From positions 576,001-640,000 of the forward strand of contig CBDCDC010000002.1 of the NCBI GenBank assembly GCA_965215195.1: a stretch of 64,000 nt of DNA. The letters are read 5' to 3'. Of this stretch, positions 1 to 9,246 are shown in pieces. The notes under the pieces are model-generated. The model had not been told where the DNA came from, did no database searches, and saw only the letters and a program-made list of their open reading frames with translations. Within the stretch, counting starts at the first letter, position 1. Each line of letters starts with the position of its first letter. The DNA is from Candidatus Latescibacterota bacterium (lineage in GTDB: Bacteria; Latescibacterota; UBA2968; UBA8231). The translations under genes and the position numbers were made by a program.

Positions 1-41
1 TATATTTCTGAACCCCATTAAACAAAGGATGAGGACGCGGC

Positions 42-2801
42 ATGACGGAAGAATTGGCCAAGACGTACGATCCGGTGGCGATTGAAAAAAAGTGGTGCGA
101 TTTCTGGGAGGAAAACGGCCTTTTTAACGCGGAGATCAACCCGGACAAGCCCCCTTACTGCATAGTAATTCCCCCGCCCAACGTGACGGGCGAACTGCAC
201 ATGGGCCACGCGATTCAACACGCTATCCACGACTTAGTGGTGCGATGGAAGCGGATGCAGGGCTTTGAGACGCTCTGCCTGCCGGGCACCGATCACGCGG
301 GCATTGCCACCCAGATGAAGGTCGAACAGGAACTTTTGCAGGCCGAGGGCAAGAATCGCTACGACTTGGGGCGCACCGCCATGCTCGAGCGGATTTGGCA
401 GTGGAAGGAAAAATACGGGGACGCCATCTACCGCCAATTGCGCCAACTCGGGGCCAGCTACGATTGGCGGTGGGAGCGGTTCACGCTCGACGAGGAGTAC
501 GTTGAGGCCGTATTGCAGGCCTTCGCCCGCTTTGCCGAGAAAGGGTGGATTTACCGCGGCACCCGCATGATCAACTGGTGTCCGCAGTGCCGCACGGTCA
601 TTTCCGACCTAGAGACCGAAGAGCGCGCGGTGGCCGGCCACTTGTGGCACATTCGCTACCCGGCCCCAGAGGACGCGCTGCAAGTCGTGGTCGCCACCAC
701 GCGGCCGGAAACCATGCTCGGGGACACGGCCGTGGCTGTCCACCCCAACGACGGCCGCTGGCGCGAGGCCATTGGCCGGCAAGTCGAGCTGCCGCTGACG
801 GATAGAGCCATCCCCATCGTCGCCGATGAATACGCCGACCCCGAGCTGGGCAGCGGGGCAGTCAAAGTAACGCCGGCCCACGATCCCAACGACTACGAGC
901 TAGGCCTGCGCCACGACTTGGCGCAAATCCAAGTCATTGGCTTTGACGGAGTCATGACCGAGGCGGCCGGCCGCTTTGCCGGGTTGGATCGCTACGCGGC
1001 TCGCGAGGCGGTCGTGGCCGCGCTGGAAGCCGAGGGGCTGCTGGCAAAAGTAGAGGATCACCAACACGCCGTACCCCACCACGACAAGTGCGGCACCACC
1101 GTCGAACCCCTGCCGATGGAGCAGTGGTTTATGAACATGCAGGAGCTGGCGGCCAAGGCGCGGCCCGTGCTCGTGCGGCAGGAGATCCAATACGCGCCCG
1201 ACCGCTTCCGCCACTATGCCATTGAGTGGTTGGACCAAATACGCGATTGGGCCTTGTCGCGGCAGATTTGGTGGGGGCATCGCATCCCGGCTTGGTATTG
1301 CACCCATTGCAGCGCCGATGGGCTGATCGCCATGGGCGACTTGGACTGGGAGCAGGCCCTGCGCGAGGGCAACTTCAGGGTGTCGGTGGTGGCCGGGGCC
1401 AAGCCCGTAGTCAGCGCGGCTAAACCGGCCGCCTGTGCCGAATGCGGTGGCCGGGATTGGGTGCAAGACCCCGACGTGCTCGACACGTGGTTTTCTTCCG
1501 CCCTGTGGCCCTTTGCCACGCTCGGCTGGCCCCAACGCCGCGACGCGCTGGAGTACTTTTATCCCACGGATTTGATGATCACAGCCCGCGACATTCTCTA
1601 TTTGTGGGTTTTGCGGATGGCCATGACCTCGCTAGAGTGCGTGGAGCAAATTCCCTTTAAGACGGTGCTGGTTCACCCGACGATTCTGACCCAAGACGGC
1701 CGCCGCATGAGCAAGAGCTTGGGCACGGGCCTCAACCCGCTCGACTTGGTCGTGCGCTACGGCGCGGATGCGACGCGCTACTGTCTATTGGCGCAGGCCG
1801 GGGCCGTCCAAGACGTGCGCTTCGATGCCGCGGTCGCCAACAACCAAGTGCAGGCTTCGGCCAGCGCAGAGGCCGGCCGCAACTTTGGCAACAAGCTGTG
1901 GAATGCGACCCGCTTCGTGCTGATGAACATCGACGGATACGAGCGAGGCCCGGGCGAGCGGAGCGAATTGGCCGACCGCTGGATCTGGAGCCGGTTGCAG
2001 GTGGCCGTGCGCGAGATGACCGAGGCCCTGCAATCCCATCGCTTCAGCGACCTGACGCGGGCGATTTACGACTTTGTCTGGCGCGACTATTGCGATTGGT
2101 ACCTCGAATTGGCCAAGGTGCGCTTGCAGGGAGGCGATCCCGAGGCACGATGCGCGGCCCAAGAGCATCTCGTGCGGGTGCTCGAAACCGCCCTGCGGCT
2201 GTTGCACCCCATAATGCCCTTTATCACCGAGACCTTGTGGCAGGCCGTGCCCCACGGCTCGGCGGCTACCAGTATCATGGTCGCGGCGTGGCCGGAATGC
2301 GATGCCGCCCTGATAGACCCAGAGGCCGAAGCGCAAATGCAGTGCCTGCAAGAGGTGGTGACTGGGGTGCGGGTTATTCGCGGCGAGATGAATGTCCCGC
2401 CGGCGCGCAAAGTCGAGGTTTTGATTTCGGCCGCCTCGGACGAGGTGGAACAGACCCTGCGCCAAGCCATCCCTTACATCGCGCTGTTGAGCCGGGCCGC
2501 ATCCGTGCAAGTCGGCCAAGGGCTCGTCCGGCCGCCAGCTTCGGGGAGCGCGATGACGGCCGCGGCCGAGATTTTCGTGCCCTTAGAGGGGTTGATCGAC
2601 CTAGCCGCAGAGCGGCAGCGGCTCAAACGAGAAATCCAAAAGATGGACGGCCTGCTCAAGGGCTTAGACGCCAAGCTCGCCAATGAGCGCTTCCTCACCA
2701 AAGCCCCGCCCGCAATCGTCGCGCAGGAGCGCCAGCGCCAGGCCGAATACCGCGCCACCCAAGAAAAGCTGAACGCCAGCCTCAAGCTCGTCGAAGCCTA
2801 G
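42..2801 (+). CDS. valS: Valyl-tRNA synthetase
   Basis: PPPNVTGELHMGH (HIGH), GRRMSKS (KMSKS), DPDVLDTWFSS, C-terminal coiled-coil arm. Confidence 0.98.
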   Translation: MTEELAKTYDPVAIEKKWCDFWEENGLFNAEINPDKPPYCIVIPPPNVTGELHMGHAIQHAIHDLVVRWKRMQGFETLCLPGTDHAGIATQMKVEQELLQAEGKNRYDLGRTAMLERIWQWKEKYGDAIYRQLRQLGASYDWRWERFTLDEEYVEAVLQAFARFAEKGWIYRGTRMINWCPQCRTVISDLETEERAVAGHLWHIRYPAPEDALQVVVATTRPETMLGDTAVAVHPNDGRWREAIGRQVELPLTDRAIPIVADEYADPELGSGAVKVTPAHDPNDYELGLRHDLAQIQVIGFDGVMTEAAGRFAGLDRYAAREAVVAALEAEGLLAKVEDHQHAVPHHDKCGTTVEPLPMEQWFMNMQELAAKARPVLVRQEIQYAPDRFRHYAIEWLDQIRDWALSRQIWWGHRIPAWYCTHCSADGLIAMGDLDWEQALREGNFRVSVVAGAKPVVSAAKPAACAECGGRDWVQDPDVLDTWFSSALWPFATLGWPQRRDALEYFYPTDLMITARDILYLWVLRMAMTSLECVEQIPFKTVLVHPTILTQDGRRMSKSLGTGLNPLDLVVRYGADATRYCLLAQAGAVQDVRFDAAVANNQVQASASAEAGRNFGNKLWNATRFVLMNIDGYERGPGERSELADRWIWSRLQVAVREMTEALQSHRFSDLTRAIYDFVWRDYCDWYLELAKVRLQGGDPEARCAAQEHLVRVLETALRLLHPIMPFITETLWQAVPHGSAATSIMVAAWPECDAALIDPEAEAQMQCLQEVVTGVRVIRGEMNVPPARKVEVLISAASDEVEQTLRQAIPYIALLSRAASVQVGQGLVRPPASGSAMTAAAEIFVPLEGLIDLAAERQRLKREIQKMDGLLKGLDAKLANERFLTKAPPAIVAQERQRQAEYRATQEKLNASLKLVEA

Positions 2802-4481
2802 ATGGCGTTTGATTACTTCACCATTCAGGCCCTCGCGCAGGAGCTGCGGTCGCACCTGCAAGGGGCGGTCATCGAGCATGCCTATGCCCAGCCTACGGAA
2901 CTCGCCTTGGCGGTTGCCGAGGGCGAGTGGCTGTACGGCGCGAGCGGTCGGGAGGGCTTGCTCTGCCTGCGGCAAGAGGCGTGGCCGCGGCCTTGGCGGG
3001 CGGGCGATGGCCCGGAAAAGTATTTGGTGCGAGCGCGGATCGCGGCCGTCGAAGCCGAGCGTCGCGAGCGCATCTTGCGCTTGCGCCTAGAGCGCCGAGA
3101 CCGCAGCGGTCGCACGAGCTTTGGCGTCTTGGTGTGCGAACTCATTCCCAACAAGGTGCGGTTTGTTCTCCACCGCCAAGCCGATGGCGCGATTTTGGGC
3201 TACTGGGGCGCGGCCAAGGACAAGGCGCCTGTGGGTGCGCCGTACCAGCCGCCCGAGCCATCGGGCCGCCTGCTGCCCGGCGCGGACGCACCCAGCGCGT
3301 GGCGCGACCGGCTGGCGAGCGCGAATGCGCCCTTGGAAAAGGCAGCGCGGCGCTGGTTGGCCGGCGCGGACGCCGCGGTGGTGCGCGAGCTGATTTTCCG
3401 CAGCCAGCAGGGCGACACAGGCGAGCCGCCCGCAGCCTTGTGGAGCGCGGCCGCGGCCGCGTACACCAGCGCGGTGGCCAACCGCAGCTACGTGTGGCAA
3501 GAGGCGGGCCGATTCCATTTTTCCGCCCTTGAACCGCGCCGTTTGCAAGGGGCCTACGAGCCGTTTGACGCGGCCAGTGCCGGGATATGGGCGGCGTGCC
3601 AAAAGGAGCGGGCCCAGCGCCGGGCCCAGCGGACTCAGCAACAGATTCGCAAGCGACTGAGCCAAGCCCTGAAAAATGCCCGGCGGCGTTTGGCTGCCAT
3701 GCAGATTGAGCTCGACGAGGCCGCACGTGCCGAGGAGTACAAGCGAAAGGGCCACGCGCTATGGGCCAACATGGGGCAGCTATCTGGTCGGCCCGCGCAA
3801 GTAGAGTTGGCCGATCTCTTTGATTTAGAGGGGCACGCGACCCTGCGGATTGATTTGGATGCAAACCGCAGCTTGGCGGAAAACGCCGCGTCCTATCTAA
3901 AGACCGCGCAAAAATACGAGCGCCGCCAACAAGTCCTGCCGCAGCGCCTAGCCGCGCTCGGCCGCCAGTGCGCCCAATACGAGCATTGGATCGACGCGGT
4001 GGCGGCCGGTACTTGGGAAGCCAACGCCGCGCTGCAAAACTGGTTGGAGAGCAAGGTGACAAGCACCGACAAAACGGCAAGCAAGCAGCCCCAGGCCCAT
4101 CCCCGGCGCTACCGGACGTCCACCGGGTGGTCGGTGTGGGCCGGGCGCAACAACAAGGAAAACGACGTGCTGACGCACAAAATGGCCGCCCAAAACGATC
4201 TGTGGTTTCACGCTCGGGGGTACTCGGGCTCGCACGTCGTCCTGCGGAGCGAAGGCCGCAAGGAAGCCCCCAGCAAGCAGACGATTGAAGAGGCTGCGGC
4301 TTTAGCTGCGTATTGGAGCAAGGGCAAAACAGCGAAAAAGGTCTCTGTGGCGTACACCATGGTAAAGCACGTCACCAAGCCGCGTGGAAGTGCGCCCGGG
4401 CAGGCACTGCTGCGCCGCGAGAAAACGATCGTGGTGGAGCCAGCTTTATTAAAAAAAGAGGAAGGAGGTAGAATTGTATGA
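2802..4481 (+). CDS. rqcH: NFACT family ribosome quality control protein (RqcH/FbpA-like)
   Basis: N-terminal MAFDYFTIQAL, coiled coil, NFACT-R motif GRNNKENDVLT...DLWFHARGYSGSHVVL. Confidence 0.9.
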   Translation: MAFDYFTIQALAQELRSHLQGAVIEHAYAQPTELALAVAEGEWLYGASGREGLLCLRQEAWPRPWRAGDGPEKYLVRARIAAVEAERRERILRLRLERRDRSGRTSFGVLVCELIPNKVRFVLHRQADGAILGYWGAAKDKAPVGAPYQPPEPSGRLLPGADAPSAWRDRLASANAPLEKAARRWLAGADAAVVRELIFRSQQGDTGEPPAALWSAAAAAYTSAVANRSYVWQEAGRFHFSALEPRRLQGAYEPFDAASAGIWAACQKERAQRRAQRTQQQIRKRLSQALKNARRRLAAMQIELDEAARAEEYKRKGHALWANMGQLSGRPAQVELADLFDLEGHATLRIDLDANRSLAENAASYLKTAQKYERRQQVLPQRLAALGRQCAQYEHWIDAVAAGTWEANAALQNWLESKVTSTDKTASKQPQAHPRRYRTSTGWSVWAGRNNKENDVLTHKMAAQNDLWFHARGYSGSHVVLRSEGRKEAPSKQTIEEAAALAAYWSKGKTAKKVSVAYTMVKHVTKPRGSAPGQALLRREKTIVVEPALLKKEEGGRIV

Positions 4482-4584
4482 TGTTATCAAAATTAACCCT
4501 GTTAGAGAGGCCGGCCGCGGTTTGACGCTAGGGGCAAATCGCCCATTCTTGTACCCCTTCACCACCCCGAAAGGATGGTTTTTT

Positions 4585-6006
4585 ATGCGTTTTTCTTTGC
4601 TGTTCTCGTTTTTGTTGTTGGCTTGTAGCAATCCAGACAATCCGGTTGATTCGGGTGTCCCTGCGGCTAAGGTCGCGGTCAGCGATTGTAATGGAGACGG
4701 TCAAGTTGACTTGACGGACGCGCTGTTAGGCTGTTCGGACGGCGTGGAGTCGCCGCCTGCGGAAGAGGTGCCGCCGACGGAAGAGGTGCCGCCGACGGAA
4801 GAGGTGCCGCCGACGGAAGAGGTGCCGCCGACGGAAGAGACCCCGCCTGCGGAAGAGACCCCGCCTGCGGAAGAGTCGCCGCCTACGGAAGAGTCGCCGC
4901 CTACGGAAGAGCCGGACGGCACGGCTCAGGCTATGGAGGGCGATTGTAACGGAGACGGTCAAGTTGACTTGACAGATGTGCTGATAGGCTGTTCGGATGG
5001 GCCATCCGTGACCGCACCAGATTCGCTGACGGAAGAAAGTGCCCCGACGGAGACTCTGGGGACCCCTGAGGGAGACCGTGCCGTGCTTGAGATACTTTTC
5101 TCGACCACCGGCGGCAACCAGTGGCGTGTTCGAGATGGTTGGTTAAGCGACGAGCCATTGTATGCTTGGGCGGAAGTACGAACCGATCACAACGGGCGCG
5201 TTACCGGCCTCTACCTTAGTGCTAACGGCTTGAGAGGTCCTATCCCGCCTGAGTTAGGCCAACTGACCGAGCTAAGGGACCTACGGCTCAGCAATAATTG
5301 GTTGAGTGGTTCCATCCCGCCTGAATTAGGCCAACTAACCAACCTAGAATTGCTATATCTCAGCGGTAATCAGTTGAGAGGTCCTATCCCGCCTGAATTA
5401 GGCCAACTGACTAGGCTAAGAGAGTTCCTTTTCTACCGTAATTCGTTTAGTGGGTGCCTGCCCCCGGCGTTGTTAAACGTACCTCGTCTTGAGCCCAAGG
5501 ACTTGCCCGTTTGTACGGAAGATCCATCCGGGACGCCCCCCGATAATTCGACTGAGGGAGACCGTGCCGTGCTTGAGGCTCTTTTCTTGGCCACAGGCGG
5601 CAACCAGTGGCGTATTCGAGACGGTTGGTTAAGCGACGCGCCGTTGTCTGCTTGGGAGGGAGTATCAACCGATGCAAACGGGCGCGTTATCGGCCTCTAC
5701 CTTCATGGTAACGGCTTGAGTGGTTTTATCCCGCCTGCGTTAGGCCAACTGACCAACCTAAGGGATCTATGGCTCCACGATAATCAGTTGAGTGGTTCCA
5801 TTCCGCCTGAATTAGGCCAACTGACCAACCTAAGACGCCTATATCTCAGCGGTAATCAGTTGAGTGGTTTTATCCCGCCTGCGTTAGGCCAACTGAGTAT
5901 TCTAAAAGAGTTCCTTTTCTATGGTAATTGGTTGAGTGGGTGCATACCCCGGGCGTTGTTAAACGTACCTCGTCTTGAGCCCAAGGACTTGCCCGTTTGC
6001 CGATAG
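4585..6006 (+). CDS. Leucine-rich repeat lipoprotein 1 (two dockerin/EF-hand-like motifs, PPTEE linker, two LRR modules)
   Basis: Lipobox LLLAC after ATG 4585; DCNGDGQVDLTD x2; 24-aa plant-type LRR (LxLxxNxLSGxIPPELGQLT) with N-caps. Confidence 0.88.
   Translation: MRFSLLFSFLLLACSNPDNPVDSGVPAAKVAVSDCNGDGQVDLTDALLGCSDGVESPPAEEVPPTEEVPPTEEVPPTEEVPPTEETPPAEETPPAEESPPTEESPPTEEPDGTAQAMEGDCNGDGQVDLTDVLIGCSDGPSVTAPDSLTEESAPTETLGTPEGDRAVLEILFSTTGGNQWRVRDGWLSDEPLYAWAEVRTDHNGRVTGLYLSANGLRGPIPPELGQLTELRDLRLSNNWLSGSIPPELGQLTNLELLYLSGNQLRGPIPPELGQLTRLREFLFYRNSFSGCLPPALLNVPRLEPKDLPVCTEDPSGTPPDNSTEGDRAVLEALFLATGGNQWRIRDGWLSDAPLSAWEGVSTDANGRVIGLYLHGNGLSGFIPPALGQLTNLRDLWLHDNQLSGSIPPELGQLTNLRRLYLSGNQLSGFIPPALGQLSILKEFLFYGNWLSGCIPRALLNVPRLEPKDLPVCR
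4750..4915 (+). repeat. 18-bp coding tandem repeat (PP[T/A]EE[V/T/S])
   Basis: Units such as ccgccgacggaagaggtg, about 9 copies; related arrays at about 6285-6465 and 6560-6615. Confidence 0.9.
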
Positions 6007-6090
6007 CGCGGTCGGTGTGCGGTAAGAAAGCGGTGTCCGTGTCGGTGCATGGACGTCGTTCAGTTTTGAGTTGGGCTCGTTATGTCAAAC
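6007..6090 (+). repeat. Duplicated LRR 3' region plus miaA leader (second copy at 7949-8050)
   Basis: gcggtcggtgtgcggtaagaaagcggtgtccgtgtcggtgcatggacg is identical in both copies; both end ggctcgttatg(t/g)caaac. Confidence 0.9.
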
Positions 6091-6118
6091 TCTTCACCAC
6101 CACGTAAGGAGGTTTTTT

Positions 6119-7948
6119 ATGCGTTTTTTTCTGCTGTTCTCGTTTTTGTTGTTGGCTTGTAGCAATCCAGACAATCCGGTTGATTCGGGTGTCCCTGCGG
6201 CTAAGGTCGCGCTTGACGATTGTAACGGAGACGGTCGGGTTGACTTGACGGACGCGCTGTTAGGCTGTTCGGACGGCGTGGAGTCGCCGCCGACGGAAGA
6301 GACCCCGCCTGCGGAAGAGACCCCGCCTGCGGAAGAGGTGTCCCCGACGGAAGAGGCACCGCCGACGGAAGAGGCACCGCCGACGGAAGAGGCACCGCCT
6401 GCGGAAGAGACCCCGCCGACAGAAGAGACCCCGCCGACAGAAGAGACCCCGCCTGCGGAAGAGCCGGACGGCACGGCTCAGGCTGTGGAGGGCGATTGTA
6501 ACGGAGACGGTCAAGTTGACTTGACGGACGCGCTGTTAGGCTGTTCGGACGGCGTGGAGTCGCCGACGGAAGAGACCCCGCCTGCGGAAGAGGCGCCGCC
6601 TGCGGAAGAGGCGCCGCTCGCTGGGACCCCTGAGGGAGACCGTGCCGTGCTTGAGGCTTTTTTCTCGGCCACAAGCGGCCACAAGTGGGGTAGTCGAGGC
6701 GGTTGGTTAAGCGACGAGCCGTTGTCTGCTTGGGAGGGAGTAACAACCGATGCAAACGGGCGCGTTACCCGCCTTGATCTCAGCGAGAATTTTTTGAGAG
6801 GTTCCATCCCGCCTGCCTTAGGCCAACTGACCAGCTTAGAAGAGCTATATCTCAACAGTAATCAGTTGAGTGGTTCCATCCCGTCTGCCTTAGGCCAACT
6901 GACCAACCTAAGCACCCTATCTCTCAGCGAGAATTTTTTGAGTGGTTCTATCCCGTCTTTCTTAGGCCAACTGACCAACTTAGAAGAGCTATCTCTCTAC
7001 AATAATCAGTTGAGTGGTTCTATCCCGCCTGAATTAGGCCAACTGACCAACCTAAGCACTCTACGGCTCAGCGGTAATCGTCGGTTGAGTGGTTCTATCC
7101 CGCCTGCGTTAGGCCAACTGACCAACTTAGAACATCTATCTCTCAGCGGTAATCGGTTGAGTGGTTCTATCCCGCCTGAATTAGGCCAACTGACCAGCTT
7201 AGAAGGGCTATATCTCAGCGGTAATCAGTTGATTGGTTCTATCCCGCCTGCGTTAGGCCAACTGACCAACTTAGAATATCTATCTCTCCGCGATAATCTT
7301 TTGAGTGGTTCTATCCCGCCTGCGTTAGGCCAACTAACCAACTTAGAAGGGCTATATCTCCGCGATAATCGGTTGAGTGGTTCCATCCCGTCTGCGTTAG
7401 GCCAACTGACCAACCTAAGCACCCTATCTCTCCGCGATAATCTTTTGAGTGGTTCCATCCCGTCTGCGTTAGGCCAACTGACCAACTTAGAAGAGCTATC
7501 TCTCAGCGGTAATCAGTTGATTGGTTCTATCCCGCCTGCGTTAGGCCAACTGACCAACTTAGAAGAGCTATCTCTCAGCGGTAATCGGTTGATTGGTTCT
7601 ATCCCGCCTGAATTAGGCCAACTGACCAACCTAAGACTCCTATCTCTCGTCAATAATCAGTTGAGTGGTTCTATCCCGCCTGAATTAGGCCAACTGACCA
7701 GCTTAGAAAGGCTATCTCTCGGCGGTAATTGGTTGAGTGGTTCTATCCCGCCTGCGTTAGGCCAACTGACCAACTTAGAATATCTATCTCTCCGCTATAA
7801 TCAGTTGAGTGGTTCCATCCCGCCTGAATTAGGCCAACTGACCCACTTAGAATATCTATCTCTCCGCGATAATCAGTTTGGGTGCATACCCCCGGAGTTG
7901 TTAAACGTGCCTCGTCTCGAGTGGGGGAACTTGCCCGTTTGCCCATAG
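6119..7948 (+). CDS. Leucine-rich repeat lipoprotein 2 (16 LRRs)
   Basis: SD AAGGAGG 6106-6112; lipobox LLLAC; N-terminus nearly identical to LRR1; 16 tandem repeats of about 72 bp. Confidence 0.9.
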   Translation: MRFFLLFSFLLLACSNPDNPVDSGVPAAKVALDDCNGDGRVDLTDALLGCSDGVESPPTEETPPAEETPPAEEVSPTEEAPPTEEAPPTEEAPPAEETPPTEETPPTEETPPAEEPDGTAQAVEGDCNGDGQVDLTDALLGCSDGVESPTEETPPAEEAPPAEEAPLAGTPEGDRAVLEAFFSATSGHKWGSRGGWLSDEPLSAWEGVTTDANGRVTRLDLSENFLRGSIPPALGQLTSLEELYLNSNQLSGSIPSALGQLTNLSTLSLSENFLSGSIPSFLGQLTNLEELSLYNNQLSGSIPPELGQLTNLSTLRLSGNRRLSGSIPPALGQLTNLEHLSLSGNRLSGSIPPELGQLTSLEGLYLSGNQLIGSIPPALGQLTNLEYLSLRDNLLSGSIPPALGQLTNLEGLYLRDNRLSGSIPSALGQLTNLSTLSLRDNLLSGSIPSALGQLTNLEELSLSGNQLIGSIPPALGQLTNLEELSLSGNRLIGSIPPELGQLTNLRLLSLVNNQLSGSIPPELGQLTSLERLSLGGNWLSGSIPPALGQLTNLEYLSLRYNQLSGSIPPELGQLTHLEYLSLRDNQFGCIPPELLNVPRLEWGNLPVCP

Positions 7949-8041
7949 TGCGGTCGGTGTGCGGTAAGAAAGCGGTGTCCGTGTCGGTGCATGGACGCCG
8001 CTTTCGCATGTACCCTTTTCAGTTTTGATTTTTGGCTCGTT

Positions 8042-8992
8042 ATGGCAAACAAACCCCTCATCCTAATCACCGGCCCCACCGCCACCGGCAAAACGGAAAT
8101 AGCCCTCGAAGTCGCCCAGCACTTGCCCAACGTGGAAATCGTCTCGGCCGACTCGCGGCAAATCTACCGCTACATGGACATCGGCACGGCCAAGCCAACC
8201 GCTGAGCAGCAAAACCAATGCCCCCATCACTTGCTTGATGTGCTCTCCCCCGAGGAAAGCTACAGCGCAGGAGCGTATGCGCGAGCCGCCCGGCGCATCA
8301 TTGGGCAGATCTGGAACAGAGGCGGCCTGCCCATCGTGGTGGGAGGGACGGGCCTGTACTGGCAGAGTGCGTTAGACGGCTGCTTTGAGGACGAAGCTGA
8401 ATACGCGCCGATCCGCGCTGAATTGCAAAATCGCCTGCATTGCGAGGGGCTTGCCTCCCTATACGAGGAGTTGGGCCGTCGGGATCCGGTGGCGCAGGCG
8501 CGGTTGCAGCCGAGCGACGCGCAGCGGATCCTGCGGGCGTTGGAGGTAGCGCTGGCCGGGAAGGGTACGCTCAGTGCGCTATGGCGACAGCGCAAGGAGC
8601 AGCCCCTTGTGCGGCAGCTGCAGATGATCAGCCTGACCATGGCGCGCAGCCAGCTCTACGAGCGAATCGACCAGCGGGTTGAGCAGATGGTCGAGCGGGG
8701 GTGGGTCGAGGAAGTCCGCGCCTTGCGCGCAATGGGATACGATCCAAGCGACAGTGCCTTGGGGACCTTGGGCTATCTCGAAATGTGCAGCGCACTGACA
8801 GGGCATTGCCCGTGGCAGGAAGCTGTTGAGCGCACCAAACAGCGCACCCGCCACTTGGCCAAACGACAAATGACGTGGTGCCGCCGCGACCGTCGCTTGC
8901 GCGAATTAGACCTCGACGTATGGGGAAAGGCCGGCGTGGTCCAGCGCATCGTCGGCGAGTGGGAGCATAGATGGGGGAGCGGGTCGGGTTGA
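8042..8992 (+). CDS. miaA: tRNA dimethylallyltransferase
   Basis: ITGPTATGKT, SADSRQIYRYMDIGTAKP, VGGTGLY, LAKRQMTW. Confidence 0.96.
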   Translation: MANKPLILITGPTATGKTEIALEVAQHLPNVEIVSADSRQIYRYMDIGTAKPTAEQQNQCPHHLLDVLSPEESYSAGAYARAARRIIGQIWNRGGLPIVVGGTGLYWQSALDGCFEDEAEYAPIRAELQNRLHCEGLASLYEELGRRDPVAQARLQPSDAQRILRALEVALAGKGTLSALWRQRKEQPLVRQLQMISLTMARSQLYERIDQRVEQMVERGWVEEVRALRAMGYDPSDSALGTLGYLEMCSALTGHCPWQEAVERTKQRTRHLAKRQMTWCRRDRRLRELDLDVWGKAGVVQRIVGEWEHRWGSGSG

Positions 8993-9017
8993 CAGCGGTT
9001 GGAGCCTCTCCTACCTT
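8989..9017 (+). promoter_or_regulatory. Sigma70-type promoter of tRNA-Gly
   Basis: TTGACA-17 bp-TACCTT, 16 nt upstream of the tRNA. Confidence 0.7.
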
Positions 9018-9033
9018 AATGACCACAAAATTA

Positions 9034-9108
9034 GCGGGAGTAGTTCAGGGGTAGAACGCAAGCTTCCCAAGCTTGATGTCGCGGGTTCGATTCCCGTCTC
9101 CCGCTCCA
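9034..9108 (+). tRNA. tRNA-Gly(CCC)
   Basis: Cloverleaf GCGGGAG/CTCCCGC, anticodon arm CAAGC-TTCCCAA-GCTTG, TTCGA loop, CCA end. Confidence 0.97.
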
Positions 9109-9110
9109 TT

Positions 9111-9146
9111 ATCCGCCTGGCCAACTTGGTCGGGCGGATTTTTTAT
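9111..9146 (+). terminator. Intrinsic terminator after tRNA-Gly
   Basis: ATCCGCCTGGCCAA/TTGGTCGGGCGGAT stem followed by a T tract. Confidence 0.8.
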
Positions 9147-9246
9147 TTAGTCCCAAAGTATTGCTGTCGGCATCATATCCATATACCTTTACCGATAGAA
9201 CATCTTGCCCCACACTATGATACGTAGATTAATTGCTTGATTCACT

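Noticed and set aside
4750-7900. Regular repeats as a possible CRISPR array or DGR template/variable pair
   Set aside because: The repeats are in-frame coding units (18 bp and 72 bp) without unique spacers; no cas or reverse transcriptase gene; the variation is not adenine-specific.
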